A stretch of DNA of 64,000 nucleotides from Fistulifera solaris (lineage: Eukaryota), in assembly GCA_030295235.1 (NCBI GenBank), contig AP026132.1, positions 1 to 64,000 on the forward strand. Reading direction: 5' to 3'. Shown one piece after another: positions 62,355 through 64,000 of this stretch. The notes under the pieces were generated by a model, which worked only from the letters and a program-made list of their open reading frames with translations, did no database searches and was not told the origin of the DNA. A program made the position numbers and the translations under genes. How positions within the stretch are numbered: position 1 is the first letter of the stretch; each line of letters opens with the position of its first letter.

Positions 62355-62838
62355 GTAGTTCATGACTGAAATGCAGTCGTGGATAATTGAGCTAACACAT
62401 TTTGTATATTATAGTAATTGTTAAGGACTGCATTCCGCGAGCGTGTTTCGACGATAAAAACGGATGTACTGCACAAGAGTAATAGTATTATAGTTTTCGT
62501 TGATTGCAGCTAAGAAAGAGAAAAATATAGATTGCAGCTAGCGCGAATAGCGTCATACATAAATGTTACTCATGACTGAAATTCAGTCGTGAAAAACGTC
62601 GCCTACATTTTGAGCCTACAGTGAATATTGAAAACAACAATCTTCGAAGTAAGGAACCGAGGCGCGCAAGGAAAATGACACTGTAGATAATAATTTATGT
62701 GAATAAGAGCAAATGGAGCTTGTGTTGTCTGCAGAATTAACCGAGGATAGGTTGCAGTTTGGTGCATAAAATTATTCCGTAAGACTTATGACTGAAACTC
62801 AGTCGTGGCAGATGTCGCTTCTTACAGTACATTTTTTT
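62355..62838 (+). repeat. Array of three hairpin repeats (family A) at 210- and 216-bp spacing
   Basis: catgactgaaatgcagtcgtg (62361-62381), catgactgaaattcagtcgtg (62571-62591), tatgactgaaactcagtcgtg (62787-62807); each followed by ACA and a T-run. Confidence 0.9.
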
Positions 62839-63014
62839 ACGGACCGATAATAGACATCAGACATCACATATCACATCAGCGATCGGCAGCCTTTTTTCCA
62901 CTAAACTAAAACAGAAGGATTTGTACAAGTAATTTATTAGTGCGTGGTAAATCGTTATGCATCTAATTTTTATGTTCATCGAATGCCTGTTTCAAAGAAA
63001 TGAAGCTCTAAGCT

Positions 63015-63620
63015 TCAACTGTATTCAGTTGAATCCAGATCTGGGAGGGCGATGCTGGAGACTACATCGAAGTTTGCGAAGCTGGGGCACTCTCGCAATT
63101 TTGACTGTCTTTTTTGATCAAAGGTTCTCTCCGGAGAGAGCTTAGGTCTACAATAGACCGGTGTCTTGTCCATCAATCGCCTGCGAGTAGGAGTTCTTCC
63201 TCTCGCCTCTATCCTGTTGGATGAAGAGAGGCTAAGATCATACTTGATATTATGCGACTTGTTCTCGGGCGGTGATAAAGTGATGCCGTGGTAGCGTTTC
63301 CTCACGTTCGTCAAATCGAAGTTAAGTACGAACGACAAGAGCTTACTGAGTTCTTCATGACATTGAGAAGCCGGTGTGCTCTCTTCTGTGGAGCGCTTCG
63401 GAGATACAGAACGTCTCGGGCAGACTGGTGGCTTATCGACAAATGGCTCGCCAATCAAAGACCATGCCCTCCTTTCGCTTCCTGTGTTCGGACAGCTTTT
63501 CCGAAGCGGTTCATCTGATCTGTGTTTTCGGGCTCCCGAATCGAATCGTTCTGGTCGAATCGGCTGATGATCTGCTGCGAAGGAATCGAAGCGACTCAAA
63601 TTCAAAGAGTGTCGATGCAT
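63015..63620 (-). CDS. Hypothetical low-complexity protein with repeated DKPPVCPRR-like motifs
   Basis: 201-aa ORF; DQPIRPER / DKPPVCPRR / DKTPVYCRP-type repeats. Confidence 0.5.
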   Translation of the reverse strand: MHRHSLNLSRFDSFAADHQPIRPERFDSGARKHRSDEPLRKSCPNTGSERRAWSLIGEPFVDKPPVCPRRSVSPKRSTEESTPASQCHEELSKLLSFVLNFDLTNVRKRYHGITLSPPENKSHNIKYDLSLSSSNRIEARGRTPTRRRLMDKTPVYCRPKLSPERTFDQKRQSKLRECPSFANFDVVSSIALPDLDSTEYS

Positions 63621-64000
63621 TACAGACCTGATGAAACGAAATGAACGAACAGAAAGCTTTTTATGTGAAAGTTAGTCTGCAGACAACAAGAAGAAACACG
63701 AAAGGAAGATGTGGCGCTGAAATCTGATTCCTTTTTCAATGGTTCCTAAAATCTGAGAAATAGGATCGACGTACTTTTGCATCCTTTGGAGCCATCGCAT
63801 AATCCATCAATTAGCTGGTATTACCCATCACATTTTGCCCTCACCGTCCTTCTTGCCGTTTCTTTCCTATTTCGATGCTGGTTTTCTCGTTTCTTTCCTC
63901 TCCTCCATCTTGCATTGTACAATTGAGCATTGAGACTTATAAGATGAGAGCCAGAAACAGAAAACAAAAGTGCAACTGTATCATTCTCGCCACAAAGGAC

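Noticed and set aside
62355..62838. CRISPR array
   Set aside because: Only three 21-nt repeats, ~190-nt spacers with residual mutual similarity, eukaryotic context and no cas genes. Kept as an unexplained array instead.
63001..63017. TGAAGCT-CTA-AGCTTCA hairpin about one period after the last family A repeat
   Set aside because: The sequence is unrelated to the family A stem and has no downstream ACATTTT; probably chance.

Overview
Eukaryotic nuclear DNA, almost certainly from a diatom: a fucoxanthin-chlorophyll LHC gene with an ASAFAP-type leader, a CoDi-like copia element and short GT-AG introns. The consensus carries many single-base indels, so most genes are split across ORFs. Order: an internally duplicated Ty1/copia retrotransposon (1-9.1 kb), a PDZ-containing PI3K/PI4K-family kinase, an NAD(P)H nitrite reductase head-to-head with an H-NOX guanylate cyclase, LHC, a polysaccharide pyruvyl transferase, ZNF598/HEL2, CCA-adding enzyme, UCH37, ITPK1, three CesA-like GT2 paralogues, an M43 protease, a protein kinase, two tandem ethylene-receptor-like hybrid histidine kinases and TMEM208. 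The main unexplained signals are non-coding. (i) A conserved hairpin CATGACTG-loop-CAGTCGTG followed 13-16 nt later by ACA recurs three times at ~210-bp spacing (62.3-62.8 kb) and once at 28.5 kb. (ii) A second ~210-bp-periodic family occurs at 24 kb and 33 kb. (iii) Intergenic tracts are saturated with different 7-bp tandem duplications and TA-x-TA footprint-like motifs. The most interesting coding systems are two gas-sensing modules (ethylene-binding kinases; NO-binding cyclase next to nitrite reductase). All calls were made by eye; no searches were run.
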